From Pseudothermotoga sp. (GTDB lineage Bacteria; Thermotogota; Thermotogae; Thermotogales; DSM-5069): a DNA stretch of 44,266 nucleotides. A program made the position numbers and the translations under genes. Each line of letters starts with the position of its first letter. Positions within the stretch are counted from its first letter, which is position 1. The stretch is taken from NCBI GenBank assembly GCA_031962025.1, contig JAVRKW010000006.1; one strand, 5' to 3'. Shown in pieces: positions 10,499 through 18,601 of the stretch. The notes under the pieces are model-generated. The model made no database searches and was not told where the DNA came from. It was given only the letters and a program-made list of their open reading frames with translations.

Positions 10499-11175
10499 CT
10501 GTGATTCCTCCTGTTGTTCAAATTTAACGGTTTTGCCAGCAATTTATCAGCTAATTTGTACACAGTTGCTTCTTTTCCAAAAGGTTCTCTGTTTCGATAA
10601 TCGTGCTTGTCAATGAAAATGGTCAGCAGATCTTTCAAACGGCTTAACTTTTCAATTTGAATCTCCTTGAAACGCCTTCTTGCAGTTTCATCAACAAGTT
10701 GATATATTTTGATGAAATGATCAAGGCAGAAAACAAAATTGTTTTGCGAAAAAAGCGTCATGCCTTCGACATCACTCAAGATTTTACCAAAGGAATTTAT
10801 GTAGATTTTTTCTGTTTGCTCTTCACGCTCGCACAGATAGCAATTTTCCACTTTTAAAGCCGAAAATTCACCATCTTGCAGGATTTTGATACTCTGATCA
10901 AGCATGTCTTCATATATAATAGCTATACCCAATAACCCAAGCTCAGGATGTTTCTGAAGATGTTCTTCAATCATCTGTGCATGCTTTTTGCAAAAACCCA
11001 TCGTTCTCAAACTGGATCTTATCTGTGGATCATTCACAAACTCGTACAAAATGGTATGAATGAGTTTTTCCGTACTTTCGTTTATCAGCTCACATACGGG
11101 ACATGACTGATCATTCAAAGACATTATGTCAAGTATTTTAATTTCCACCAGATCTTTTGGCTTCAATTTACTCAC
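10465..11175 (-). CDS. DUF6062-like protein with two CxxC...CxxH units
   Basis: CPVC...VNDP..R...GFCKKH and CYLC...FCLDH, plus DKHDYR; true start may be TTG 11166 (RBS GAGGTGA). Confidence 0.75.
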   Translation of the reverse strand: MSKLKPKDLVEIKILDIMSLNDQSCPVCELINESTEKLIHTILYEFVNDPQIRSSLRTMGFCKKHAQMIEEHLQKHPELGLLGIAIIYEDMLDQSIKILQDGEFSALKVENCYLCEREEQTEKIYINSFGKILSDVEGMTLFSQNNFVFCLDHFIKIYQLVDETARRRFKEIQIEKLSRLKDLLTIFIDKHDYRNREPFGKEATVYKLADKLLAKPLNLNNRRNHRWRLWKNLQEK

Positions 11176-11178
11176 CTC

Positions 11179-11212
11179 AAAAAGAAAAAACTCCTGCCTT
11201 AAAAGCAGGAGT
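11179..11212 (-). terminator. Riboswitch-controlled intrinsic terminator
   Basis: Minus strand ACTCCTGC-ttttaag-GCAGGAGT-TTTTTCTTTTT; its 5' arm is the 3' strand of the aptamer pseudoknot. Confidence 0.9.
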
Positions 11213-11253
11213 CATCAGCCCTTACAGGCAAATACGGCAGACCCCATTGCCGT
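11205..11253 (-). ncRNA. Fluoride (crcB) riboswitch aptamer
   Basis: Minus strand ACGGCA-AUG-GGGUC-UGCCGU-AUUU-GCCU-GUAA-GGGC-UGAUG-ACUCC-UGC: P1 ACGGCA/UGCCGU, P2 GCCU/GGGC, pseudoknot GGGGUC/GACUCC, conserved AUG and GCUGAUG; same layout as the Thermotoga petrophila fluoride aptamer as recalled. Confidence 0.92.
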
Positions 11254-11258
11254 GGTAT

Positions 11259-12503
11259 TCAGTTCGTTGATATCATACCACTTTTTTGTTTTTTCATACT
11301 GTACATCTTCATATCTGCTTCGTACAACTTGCGGATGTAGTTTTCAGTCGCATCAAACTGTGCTATACCGTAGCTTATATCCAAACTGAAGTCGAATTTT
11401 TTCGAATTTTTCAATTTTTCTCTTATCCTCTCTGCCACCTGAACCGCCTGCTGTTCATCCGCATTGTCCAATACCGCGACGAATTCATCTCCCCCGTATC
11501 TTGCAACTATATCCGATGCACGAACGCACTCTGAAATACTGCTGGCGATGAACTTCAAAACCTCATCTCCCACAAGATGTCCGTATGTGTCGTTTATCTG
11601 CTTGAAGTTGTCCACATCAAAAACGATGAACGAGAGAGGAGTTTTGAGCAAAGTTCTGTTCTTAATCCATTCGTTGAAAAAATTTCTGTTGTATAGACCT
11701 GTGAGCGGGTCGCACTGAGCAGCCTGCTTGAGTTGCTGTTTTTCTCTTTCCAGTTGGTTCAGCAAAGTTCGCACGGGATTTTTCAAAGAATTCACAATAA
11801 CCCCATTCATGATGAAAAGATAGGAAATGAATCTGAACACATGTCCGAGAAAATTGAAAAAACCATAAACATCGCTGTAGAGAGTGAAAGATATCTCACC
11901 AAGCGCCGTGAAAACTATTGCTGGCACAAGTGATTTTCGAAAAGCGGCAATTGATGGATCTGTGCTTTTGATTATCTTCAACAGAACAAATACAAGCGCA
12001 ATTACCATGGCATATTCCGCACCGATCTTGAAAACGCTCAAGCCAGAACCTTCAACAAAGCAGTCTGGAAAAAATCCAAGCCATACACCCATTGTGAAAA
12101 ACACGCTCAGAGAGCTGAAAATGGCAAAGACCGTTCGCACCTTGAATTTTGGAAAAAACACGATAGTACAAAAACCAATCGTTTCAAGCAGCCTTCCGAT
12201 GATCCAGAACTGAGTTGGCTGGTTCGCCGTCCAGTTTCGAAAAACGCCCATGCCTTTGTAGGAAAGCATGTGGAGAAAATCGACGATGGCTACGAAAAAG
12301 TATAGTACGCCGAATTTTACGAATATTTTGTTGCTTGTGAGTTCTACAGTAGACAGTGCAATCAGACTGATCGACAGAGCTGTGAATATCGCAAAAAATT
12401 CTATTATACTGTGATAAAAAAGATAATTTTGCCGTGCAAGCAAAAACAGCCCTGAAAAAACCAAAACATAAAAAACAGTACGAAAGTATTTTGTTGAAAA
12501 CAT
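11259..12503 (-). CDS. MASE3 membrane sensor-GGDEF diguanylate cyclase
   Basis: YLFYHSIIE, DFLHMLSYKGMG and N.PTQFWI.GR (MASE3); DPLTGLYNR, DVDNFKQINDTYGH and RYGGDEF; ATG 12503 with AAAGGTGA RBS. Confidence 0.92.
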   Translation of the reverse strand: MFSTKYFRTVFYVLVFSGLFLLARQNYLFYHSIIEFFAIFTALSISLIALSTVELTSNKIFVKFGVLYFFVAIVDFLHMLSYKGMGVFRNWTANQPTQFWIIGRLLETIGFCTIVFFPKFKVRTVFAIFSSLSVFFTMGVWLGFFPDCFVEGSGLSVFKIGAEYAMVIALVFVLLKIIKSTDPSIAAFRKSLVPAIVFTALGEISFTLYSDVYGFFNFLGHVFRFISYLFIMNGVIVNSLKNPVRTLLNQLEREKQQLKQAAQCDPLTGLYNRNFFNEWIKNRTLLKTPLSFIVFDVDNFKQINDTYGHLVGDEVLKFIASSISECVRASDIVARYGGDEFVAVLDNADEQQAVQVAERIREKLKNSKKFDFSLDISYGIAQFDATENYIRKLYEADMKMYSMKKQKSGMISTN

Positions 12504-12530
12504 CAAAGATATCACCTTTTTTGATTTTAT

Positions 12531-12740
12531 CAAAAAAATAAGCAAGAAGACTCCATCTTCTACAAGATGAAGATGAATTGCTAACAGTATGGTATAACAT
12601 TTTTGGAGGTATCTGGTGAGTCTGTGACAAAGCAGATAACCAGTAGTGGGTGTGTGAACCACCCTGTGAGAATAAGGGCAGCTAAATTGCTGTCAAACTT
12701 CTCATAAAACCTCTACCTCTTTAGGTGGATGGTAGTTCAT
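12531..12740 (+). mobile_element. Non-autonomous IS200/IS605 (IS1341-like) miniature element without tnpA/tnpB
   Basis: Preceded by TTTAT (TAM-like); left-end hairpin AGCAA..CATCTT-ctac-AAGATG..TTGCT; tnpB-tail-like frame VSGES...SSGCVNHPVRIR; right-end hairpin TCTACCT-cttt-AGGTGGA followed by GGTAGTTCAT. End assignments rest on recalled IS605-family end patterns. Confidence 0.72.
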
Positions 12741-12765
12741 CATAAAAACAACAACGCAGTTTTAA
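12605..12765 (+). ncRNA. Putative TnpB omegaRNA (reRNA) scaffold plus guide
   Basis: Extended -10 TGGTATAAC at 12590-12598; four stems; loop GTGAAC (12654-59) complementary to the terminal GTTCAT (12735-40), giving a pseudoknot; about 25 nt flank, then a terminator. Confidence 0.62.
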
Positions 12766-12795
12766 AAAAAGCCCCTCCGATAAGAAGGGCTTTTT
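12766..12795. terminator. Bidirectional intrinsic terminator
   Basis: AAAAAGCCC-12 nt-GGGCTTTTT with A/T tracts on both sides. Confidence 0.75.
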
Positions 12796-12804
12796 GAAGG
12801 TCGC

Positions 12805-12957
12805 TCAAATTTTGTATCTGGCAACGATCTCTTTGAGCATTTGCGCGTTTTCCCTGATGGCATGCACCTTACTGGTGATCTCTTCTGTGCTGGCGCTGAT
12901 CGTTTGAACTCTGGCGTTGACCTCTTTGACGGCATTTGTGATTTCCTCTGCGTTCTG
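12805..12957 (-). pseudogene. C-terminal relic of a methyl-accepting chemotaxis protein
   Basis: Manual translation QNAEEITNAVKEVNARVQTISASTEEITSKVHAIRENAQMLKEIVARYKI*; heptad MCP methylation helix ending YKI (the intact MCP in this window ends FKI); no start codon. Confidence 0.82.
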
Positions 12958-15453
12958 TCAATTTGTATGCAGTCTTTGTGGTGTAATTTCTATGAACCAG
13001 TTTCGTACATTTTTAAGTCTTTCTGAGGCTTGAACCGGTTTTTCCATAAGGTTTACCTCGATTACTTTTTTATAGGGGCAGTTGATAATCGGCTCATTTC
13101 CCTTGGGATCAAAAGCCCGGACTATCACTCCTTTGCCATCTTCTGAAGGCTTGAAAGCACTCAAAAATCCTTTTTCTATCGTCAGTTCTACTTTTGGAAG
13201 TTTTTCAAATTTACCTTGGATCGCAATAGGGGTTATCTGATAATCTCTAACACACTTATAGACATCTTCAATATCCCATCTGTCGTGTAGGATTATTGAG
13301 AACTGCACAACATGTTCACCAATTCCCTGTGCTTCTGGTGTTCTGATACCAGGACCAGCATGACCCGGTCTTGTGACAAGATCATTCCTTGAAAGCCATT
13401 CAACGCTTCTCAACAGAGTTATTTTAAGATTACCATCTTCAACGCGTACTTCTCTGAGCCCTTTTGTCGAAATTGTCATGCCAATCTGTGGGATGGTCAC
13501 AAACCAGTACATTGCAAAATTGTTTTCTGGCAACTCTGCCCATTTTGAGTAATCGCCACAGAATTTTTCTATTCTGTGCTGGACAGGACCAAAATAACCA
13601 TCACTGATGATTTCTGAAAGGTTTCCGAACGGAAAAACTACAGATAGCCTGTGATCTTTCGTATAGTTGGTGAATAGAAGTTTTACATCTACTCTGGGTA
13701 AGTCTCTGTAAAATGTATATTCAATTTCAAACGGCAGATCCACTAATTTTTTCGAACGACTTTTTCTATCACTCTGTATTGATTCTGGTATCTGCATATT
13801 GTTTGTGACTATTATTTTCTTTATGAAGGAAGAATCGATGTATGTTCTTATATCAGCCTTGGTTTTAAGTGAAGTGAAGATCTCTTTTGATGACCAGCTA
13901 TAGTTGTATTCATCACCCACGTCTTCTATGTCCTCGAGATAGCATAGATTTTCAAAGGTTCCCTTTTTGCATTTTAAAGTCAATGTTCCGTTTTCGTTTA
14001 TCTGGTGAGGTTGATCAAAGGATCCTTTTGTACATTTTGAGCGTACGATGCTGAACGATTTGAAGCCAAAACTCGGTACTGAAATGTTCAAGAAACATTT
14101 GTATGTTTTTCTTGGATCATTTTCAATAACCTTTGTGGTATCACTTTCGTAGAATCTTACGAGCGTACTCATATCATTTTGCAGATCCTTTTGCAGATCT
14201 TTGGTGGACTCTACCATAACTGCTTCTATCTGATTTCCATGTTCATCGACAAATTGATACTCTCCTTTTTCCAGGTTCAAATAAACTTCAACAACACCGC
14301 GAAACTCATTTTCAAGCGTATTAAAAACCGTAACGCCCATGTCACTGATGCGCTTGTTGGTGATTTTAAGAAAAGTCTTTGCAAAAAGAGCTTTTCCATG
14401 ATCGATTGCATTTTTTAATCTCACCTGTATAGCCCTGTGTACATCGTCGATGCTACATCCACAAATACTGTCGTGTGGCTGGCATTGCAAAATCTGTTTC
14501 CATCCGTACCAGATAGAATTAACTGGTATGGAATCATCTGTGAGTTTGGAGATAGCGAGAATTGGTTCCAGGTAATGAATATAGAATTTCTCCGCTTGAT
14601 GATGTAATATCTTTTCCCATACCCTCGCAGAGGTTACATCTTTCAGAACCGGCACGATTCTGGGTGATCTCAGCTCTCCAGCAAGCTGGATCTGTGGTTG
14701 TTCAAGTTCTTGAATGTATTGCTCTAATCCTGTCTGGATGAATCTAATCTGGTTTGTAGAGATTTCCTGGAGAATTTTATCTATATCAAAATACGGTATC
14801 TCATGATCTGTTCCATTCATTAAAAGCGGTGGGTTATGTGAAGTTATGCTCAGGAGTTTGTTGGTTTCTTCGATAAATTTTCTCTTCAATGATTGCTCAT
14901 CACTGCCAAAGTGTGCTGCGTTTGAATAACTGTGAATCAGATAAACTGTATTTACGCAATCACCAAAAGGTGTTGACCAGATGAAAGTTGTATCCTCGAC
15001 ACCATCAACACCACGCCATACGACAGCCCATTTTAATCCAAGTCCCTTGATTATCGCTGGCATGTAAGCGTTGTGTCCGAACATATCTGGCAGATAGGCT
15101 ACACTGGAAAGTTTTACACCAAATTTGCTGGCAACTCTTTGGCTATAAAGATAATTTCTAATCCAGGATTCTGCACTTATGAGAAATTCATCTGCCAAGA
15201 CATACCAAGGACCAACACTGATTCTGCCATCTCTTATTAATTCCAGAAGTTCTTGTTTCATACCTGTGGTTTCTTCAAAATCTTCAAGCACTATGGTCTG
15301 TCCGTCCAGATGGAAATGTCTGAATGAATCGTTTGATTTCATGTGATTGGTCAGTTTCTCGAGTAAGAGCGTCAGTCTTTCTCTGAAAATTTCAAAGGTT
15401 GTGTACCACTCTCTATCCCAGTGAGTGTGTGTTACCACATAGACTTTTTTCAA
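12958..15453 (-). CDS. GH38 alpha-mannosidase (MngB-like)
   Basis: HTHWDREWY zinc motif, LDGQ, GPWYVLADEFL, nucleophile YLPDMFGH, NGTDH, HDSICGCSIDDVH; TTG start with GAGGTGA RBS. Confidence 0.93.
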   Translation of the reverse strand: MKKVYVVTHTHWDREWYTTFEIFRERLTLLLEKLTNHMKSNDSFRHFHLDGQTIVLEDFEETTGMKQELLELIRDGRISVGPWYVLADEFLISAESWIRNYLYSQRVASKFGVKLSSVAYLPDMFGHNAYMPAIIKGLGLKWAVVWRGVDGVEDTTFIWSTPFGDCVNTVYLIHSYSNAAHFGSDEQSLKRKFIEETNKLLSITSHNPPLLMNGTDHEIPYFDIDKILQEISTNQIRFIQTGLEQYIQELEQPQIQLAGELRSPRIVPVLKDVTSARVWEKILHHQAEKFYIHYLEPILAISKLTDDSIPVNSIWYGWKQILQCQPHDSICGCSIDDVHRAIQVRLKNAIDHGKALFAKTFLKITNKRISDMGVTVFNTLENEFRGVVEVYLNLEKGEYQFVDEHGNQIEAVMVESTKDLQKDLQNDMSTLVRFYESDTTKVIENDPRKTYKCFLNISVPSFGFKSFSIVRSKCTKGSFDQPHQINENGTLTLKCKKGTFENLCYLEDIEDVGDEYNYSWSSKEIFTSLKTKADIRTYIDSSFIKKIIVTNNMQIPESIQSDRKSRSKKLVDLPFEIEYTFYRDLPRVDVKLLFTNYTKDHRLSVVFPFGNLSEIISDGYFGPVQHRIEKFCGDYSKWAELPENNFAMYWFVTIPQIGMTISTKGLREVRVEDGNLKITLLRSVEWLSRNDLVTRPGHAGPGIRTPEAQGIGEHVVQFSIILHDRWDIEDVYKCVRDYQITPIAIQGKFEKLPKVELTIEKGFLSAFKPSEDGKGVIVRAFDPKGNEPIINCPYKKVIEVNLMEKPVQASERLKNVRNWFIEITPQRLHTN

Positions 15454-15455
15454 GC

Positions 15456-16715
15456 TCAGTCACCTCTTTTCACAAAAACAGGATTTGTAATAACCAGCGG
15501 GAGGTCATTTTTGCCAAGAACCATTAGTAAAATGAAATCGTCGGATTCTATATCGATGTTCATGTCTAACTCATTGATTCTGCCAAGATCTTTCGCATCC
15601 TTTCTGGTAATGACAAGCACGGTTCTTTGATCCATTTGACCAAACGAGGCTTTGACATTCACTTTATCTTTTGGACATATTACTTCTCCGCTTGTTTTGC
15701 CTTCAACCATGAAGAAAACTTTATCTGTATAGCTCAAGATCACTCTACCAGTTTTGATTGCGAAAAGAACCTCTGAGAGGCTTAGTTCTCTTGTGAACAC
15801 AATTGTTTTTAGCCAGTCTGTTTCAGATTTTCTGTGCAGATCCCTGCCTGCCGTGGCTGTGATTCTTTTACCTTTTTTGAGATTTTCAATCCACCTGCCA
15901 ATAGCTTCAAAGTTCAGTTCTGTACGGCTCAGATCTGCATTCCAAACTTCTGTAAAATCCATCTCGAATGGATCAAAATCATAGGTCCATTTGCACCCAA
16001 CGCACAAAGGATCCCCAAGTGCAAATGGATGTGCGGCTCCTATCAATCCGTATTGATGATGTACTTGGTTAATTATTTGAGTTATTTCTTTTTTACGTCC
16101 ATCGGGATCTTTCCAGTCTATGAACGTGTTGCAACCCAGAACAAGTGCATGGCCATTAAAGGTGTTCAATTCTTGCCCTTGAAAACACATTATGCTTTCG
16201 ATATCAGGTATTTCTCTCCAACCAGTTACATTGCTGTGGTCTGTTAAGAAGAAGAAATCGAAGCCAAGATCTTTCAGGTAATCTGCAAGTCCCTTTACAC
16301 TGAAAGAACCATCACTATGAACGGTGTGAGTGTGCAACTCGCCGGTGAATGCCTTGCAGGTCAAACCGCTTTCAAAGGTTATGGACAGCCTGTAGGAAAC
16401 ATCTGTGAAAAGATAATGATTCTCAAAACAAATTTTCCATTTTCCTGGTAATGGGAGGGTTTTCTGTGCTGCTGAGCTTGCCTGATTTCCAATTATGAGC
16501 TGCTCCGTTCCCCGGTCATACCGCCCCATGAACCTGTTCATCGAGTCATAAATGAGAAGATTCACATGATTCTGAATAGGTCCTATTGAGGCTGGTGTGT
16601 AATCAAATTGTATTTTCACCGCACTTGTATCTTGTGGAACTTTGAATTCTTGAAACAATATTTTTTTTGAATCTTCTACAGTTAATTTGCCTTCAATGAC
16701 TATCAACTTTCTCAC
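15456..16715 (-). CDS. PHP-domain metallohydrolase (CehA/McbA-like)
   Basis: GELHTHTVHSDG, LTDH, GH, AHPF and GRDLH; GTG 16715 with GAGGA RBS. Confidence 0.85.
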   Translation of the reverse strand: MRKLIVIEGKLTVEDSKKILFQEFKVPQDTSAVKIQFDYTPASIGPIQNHVNLLIYDSMNRFMGRYDRGTEQLIIGNQASSAAQKTLPLPGKWKICFENHYLFTDVSYRLSITFESGLTCKAFTGELHTHTVHSDGSFSVKGLADYLKDLGFDFFFLTDHSNVTGWREIPDIESIMCFQGQELNTFNGHALVLGCNTFIDWKDPDGRKKEITQIINQVHHQYGLIGAAHPFALGDPLCVGCKWTYDFDPFEMDFTEVWNADLSRTELNFEAIGRWIENLKKGKRITATAGRDLHRKSETDWLKTIVFTRELSLSEVLFAIKTGRVILSYTDKVFFMVEGKTSGEVICPKDKVNVKASFGQMDQRTVLVITRKDAKDLGRINELDMNIDIESDDFILLMVLGKNDLPLVITNPVFVKRGD

Positions 16716-17766
16716 TTCCTCGTATTCTTTCACCGTTTCTGTCAAATATGTGTATCTTGTCTCTTTTCAACTTGATCCAGACTTTATCACCCGGTGTGTA
16801 TGGTGCATCCTCAAAAATAAGGCATTTGAGTTGGTAACCATCAACATTCAACGTGATTATCGTCTCTACTCCGAGAGGTTCTATCACAAAAACCTGTGCG
16901 CAGAGATCTCCCTGCGCTGGATCTATTTGTATATTTTCTGGTCTGATTCCAAGATACGCATTCTGATTTATATCCTGTAAATGTGCTATTTGAAATTTCT
17001 GCTCACCAATAAAACAATATCCATCTGAGATTTTACATGGAATTATGTTCATCGGGGGATTTCCTATGAATGAAGCAACAAAGATATTGCTGGGTTGATC
17101 ATAGATCTGTCTGGGTGAGCCCATTTGCTTGATACTCCCATTATCCATTACGGCAATTTTTGTTGACAGAGCCATCGCCTCTGCTTGATCGTGTGTAACG
17201 TAAACTACAGCTGTACCCAATTCGGTGTATAAGTGTTTCAAGAAACTTCTCGCCTCAAGCCTGAGTTTCGCATCCAAATTGGACAGAGGTTCATCGAGTA
17301 AAAACACGGTGGGTGTTTGTATCATGGCACGAGCCAAGGCAACTCTTTGCTGTTGCCCACCACTTATTTGTTGTGGATACCTATCAAGCAATTGACTTAT
17401 TTGAAGGCTTTCGGCAACAAAACGAACCTTTTTTTCTATTTCTTGCTTGTGTATCTTTCTTACAATAAGTGGGTATGAAATATTCTCTTTCACAGTCATA
17501 TGTGGGTAAAGGGCATAGTTTTGGAATACCATGGCAACATTTCTTTCTTTTGGAAGTTTGTATGTGACATCTTGGTTTGCTATGAAAATCTTTCCTTCGT
17601 CCGGTAATTCAAGTCCTGCTATGAGCCTGAGAGTAGTCGTTTTGCCACAACCTGAAGGACCAAGCAATGTGAAAAAATCCTGCTTCTCTATTGAGAAGCT
17701 CACATTGTTGACGGCTGTAACATCAGAGAATCTTTTGACGACATTTATGAACTCTAACCAGGGCAC
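16693..17766 (-). CDS. Sugar ABC transporter ATP-binding protein (MalK/MsmX-like)
   Basis: GPSGCGKTT, ISGGQQQRVALARA, LLDEPLSNLDAKLR, C-terminal TOBE region. Confidence 0.95.
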   Translation of the reverse strand: MPWLEFINVVKRFSDVTAVNNVSFSIEKQDFFTLLGPSGCGKTTTLRLIAGLELPDEGKIFIANQDVTYKLPKERNVAMVFQNYALYPHMTVKENISYPLIVRKIHKQEIEKKVRFVAESLQISQLLDRYPQQISGGQQQRVALARAMIQTPTVFLLDEPLSNLDAKLRLEARSFLKHLYTELGTAVVYVTHDQAEAMALSTKIAVMDNGSIKQMGSPRQIYDQPSNIFVASFIGNPPMNIIPCKISDGYCFIGEQKFQIAHLQDINQNAYLGIRPENIQIDPAQGDLCAQVFVIEPLGVETIITLNVDGYQLKCLIFEDAPYTPGDKVWIKLKRDKIHIFDRNGERIRGSEKVDSH

Positions 17767-17779
17767 AATACTACCTCCT

Positions 17780-18601
17780 TTAACCTTTTATGCCGCCGTA
17801 GAATGAAAAGCCAAATTTACGCTCGACCAAAAAATACATGATTATCACAGGTGCCGTGTAAAGTAATGCGTATGCAGATATCATGCCGATATCAGGTATT
17901 CCAACTTCGCTGAAAAATGTGTATATTGCTATCGAAACAGGATATTTCGTGTGTGTTCTCAGTAAAATGAAGGGAATGAGAAAGTTGCTCCATGATTGCG
18001 CAAAAACAAGCATAGCAATGACTATTATCCCCTTGCTTGAAAGTGGCAAGAAAATTCTGAACATGACTTGTAATGGTGAGCTTCCATCTACGAGCGCTGC
18101 TTCCTCGAAAGTTTTTGGAATGGAATCAAAAAAATCTCTCAGGATGAATATCGATGTTGGTAGCATGCCCCCAGCCATTGTTAAAACAACTCCAATTTCT
18201 TTGTCTATTAGACCTAATCTCAGATTCAACATAAATATTGGGACCATTGCTGCCACACCAGTGACTATGCTCGAGAAAAGAACCAGAATGTAAAGTAAGA
18301 TATCTCTGCCTTTGAAATAGTGCCTTGAAAGAACGTAAGCAGCAAAAAGTGCACAGATCGTGACCAGAAATACTACACCCACCGAGATGATCAAGCTGTT
18401 TTTGAATGCATTGATTGCAGTTTTGTTCTGAAAAACTCTTACAAAGTTGTTCAATGTTGGAGTTGAAACCGATATGAACAAAGATGGCCTTGAACTGAAA
18501 GGAGTTATCAGTAGCCAAAGGATTGGCGCAACGAAGAAAGCTAATATTGGTGCAAGGATTATATAGTTTATAACCTTACTTAATCCTCTTGGATCCTTCA
18601 T
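17780..18601 (-). CDS. Carbohydrate ABC transporter permease (MalG-like)
   Basis: EAA loop FEEAALVDG; six TM segments. Confidence 0.93.
   Translation of the reverse strand: MKDPRGLSKVINYIILAPILAFFVAPILWLLITPFSSRPSLFISVSTPTLNNFVRVFQNKTAINAFKNSLIISVGVVFLVTICALFAAYVLSRHYFKGRDILLYILVLFSSIVTGVAAMVPIFMLNLRLGLIDKEIGVVLTMAGGMLPTSIFILRDFFDSIPKTFEEAALVDGSSPLQVMFRIFLPLSSKGIIVIAMLVFAQSWSNFLIPFILLRTHTKYPVSIAIYTFFSEVGIPDIGMISAYALLYTAPVIIMYFLVERKFGFSFYGGIKG

Noticed and set aside
12504..12662. ORF-track N-terminal extension of the GGDEF gene, and overlapping ORF 12184-12630
   Set aside because: The extension runs through the IS-like element; the RBS-supported start is 12503; the other ORF is an out-of-frame shadow
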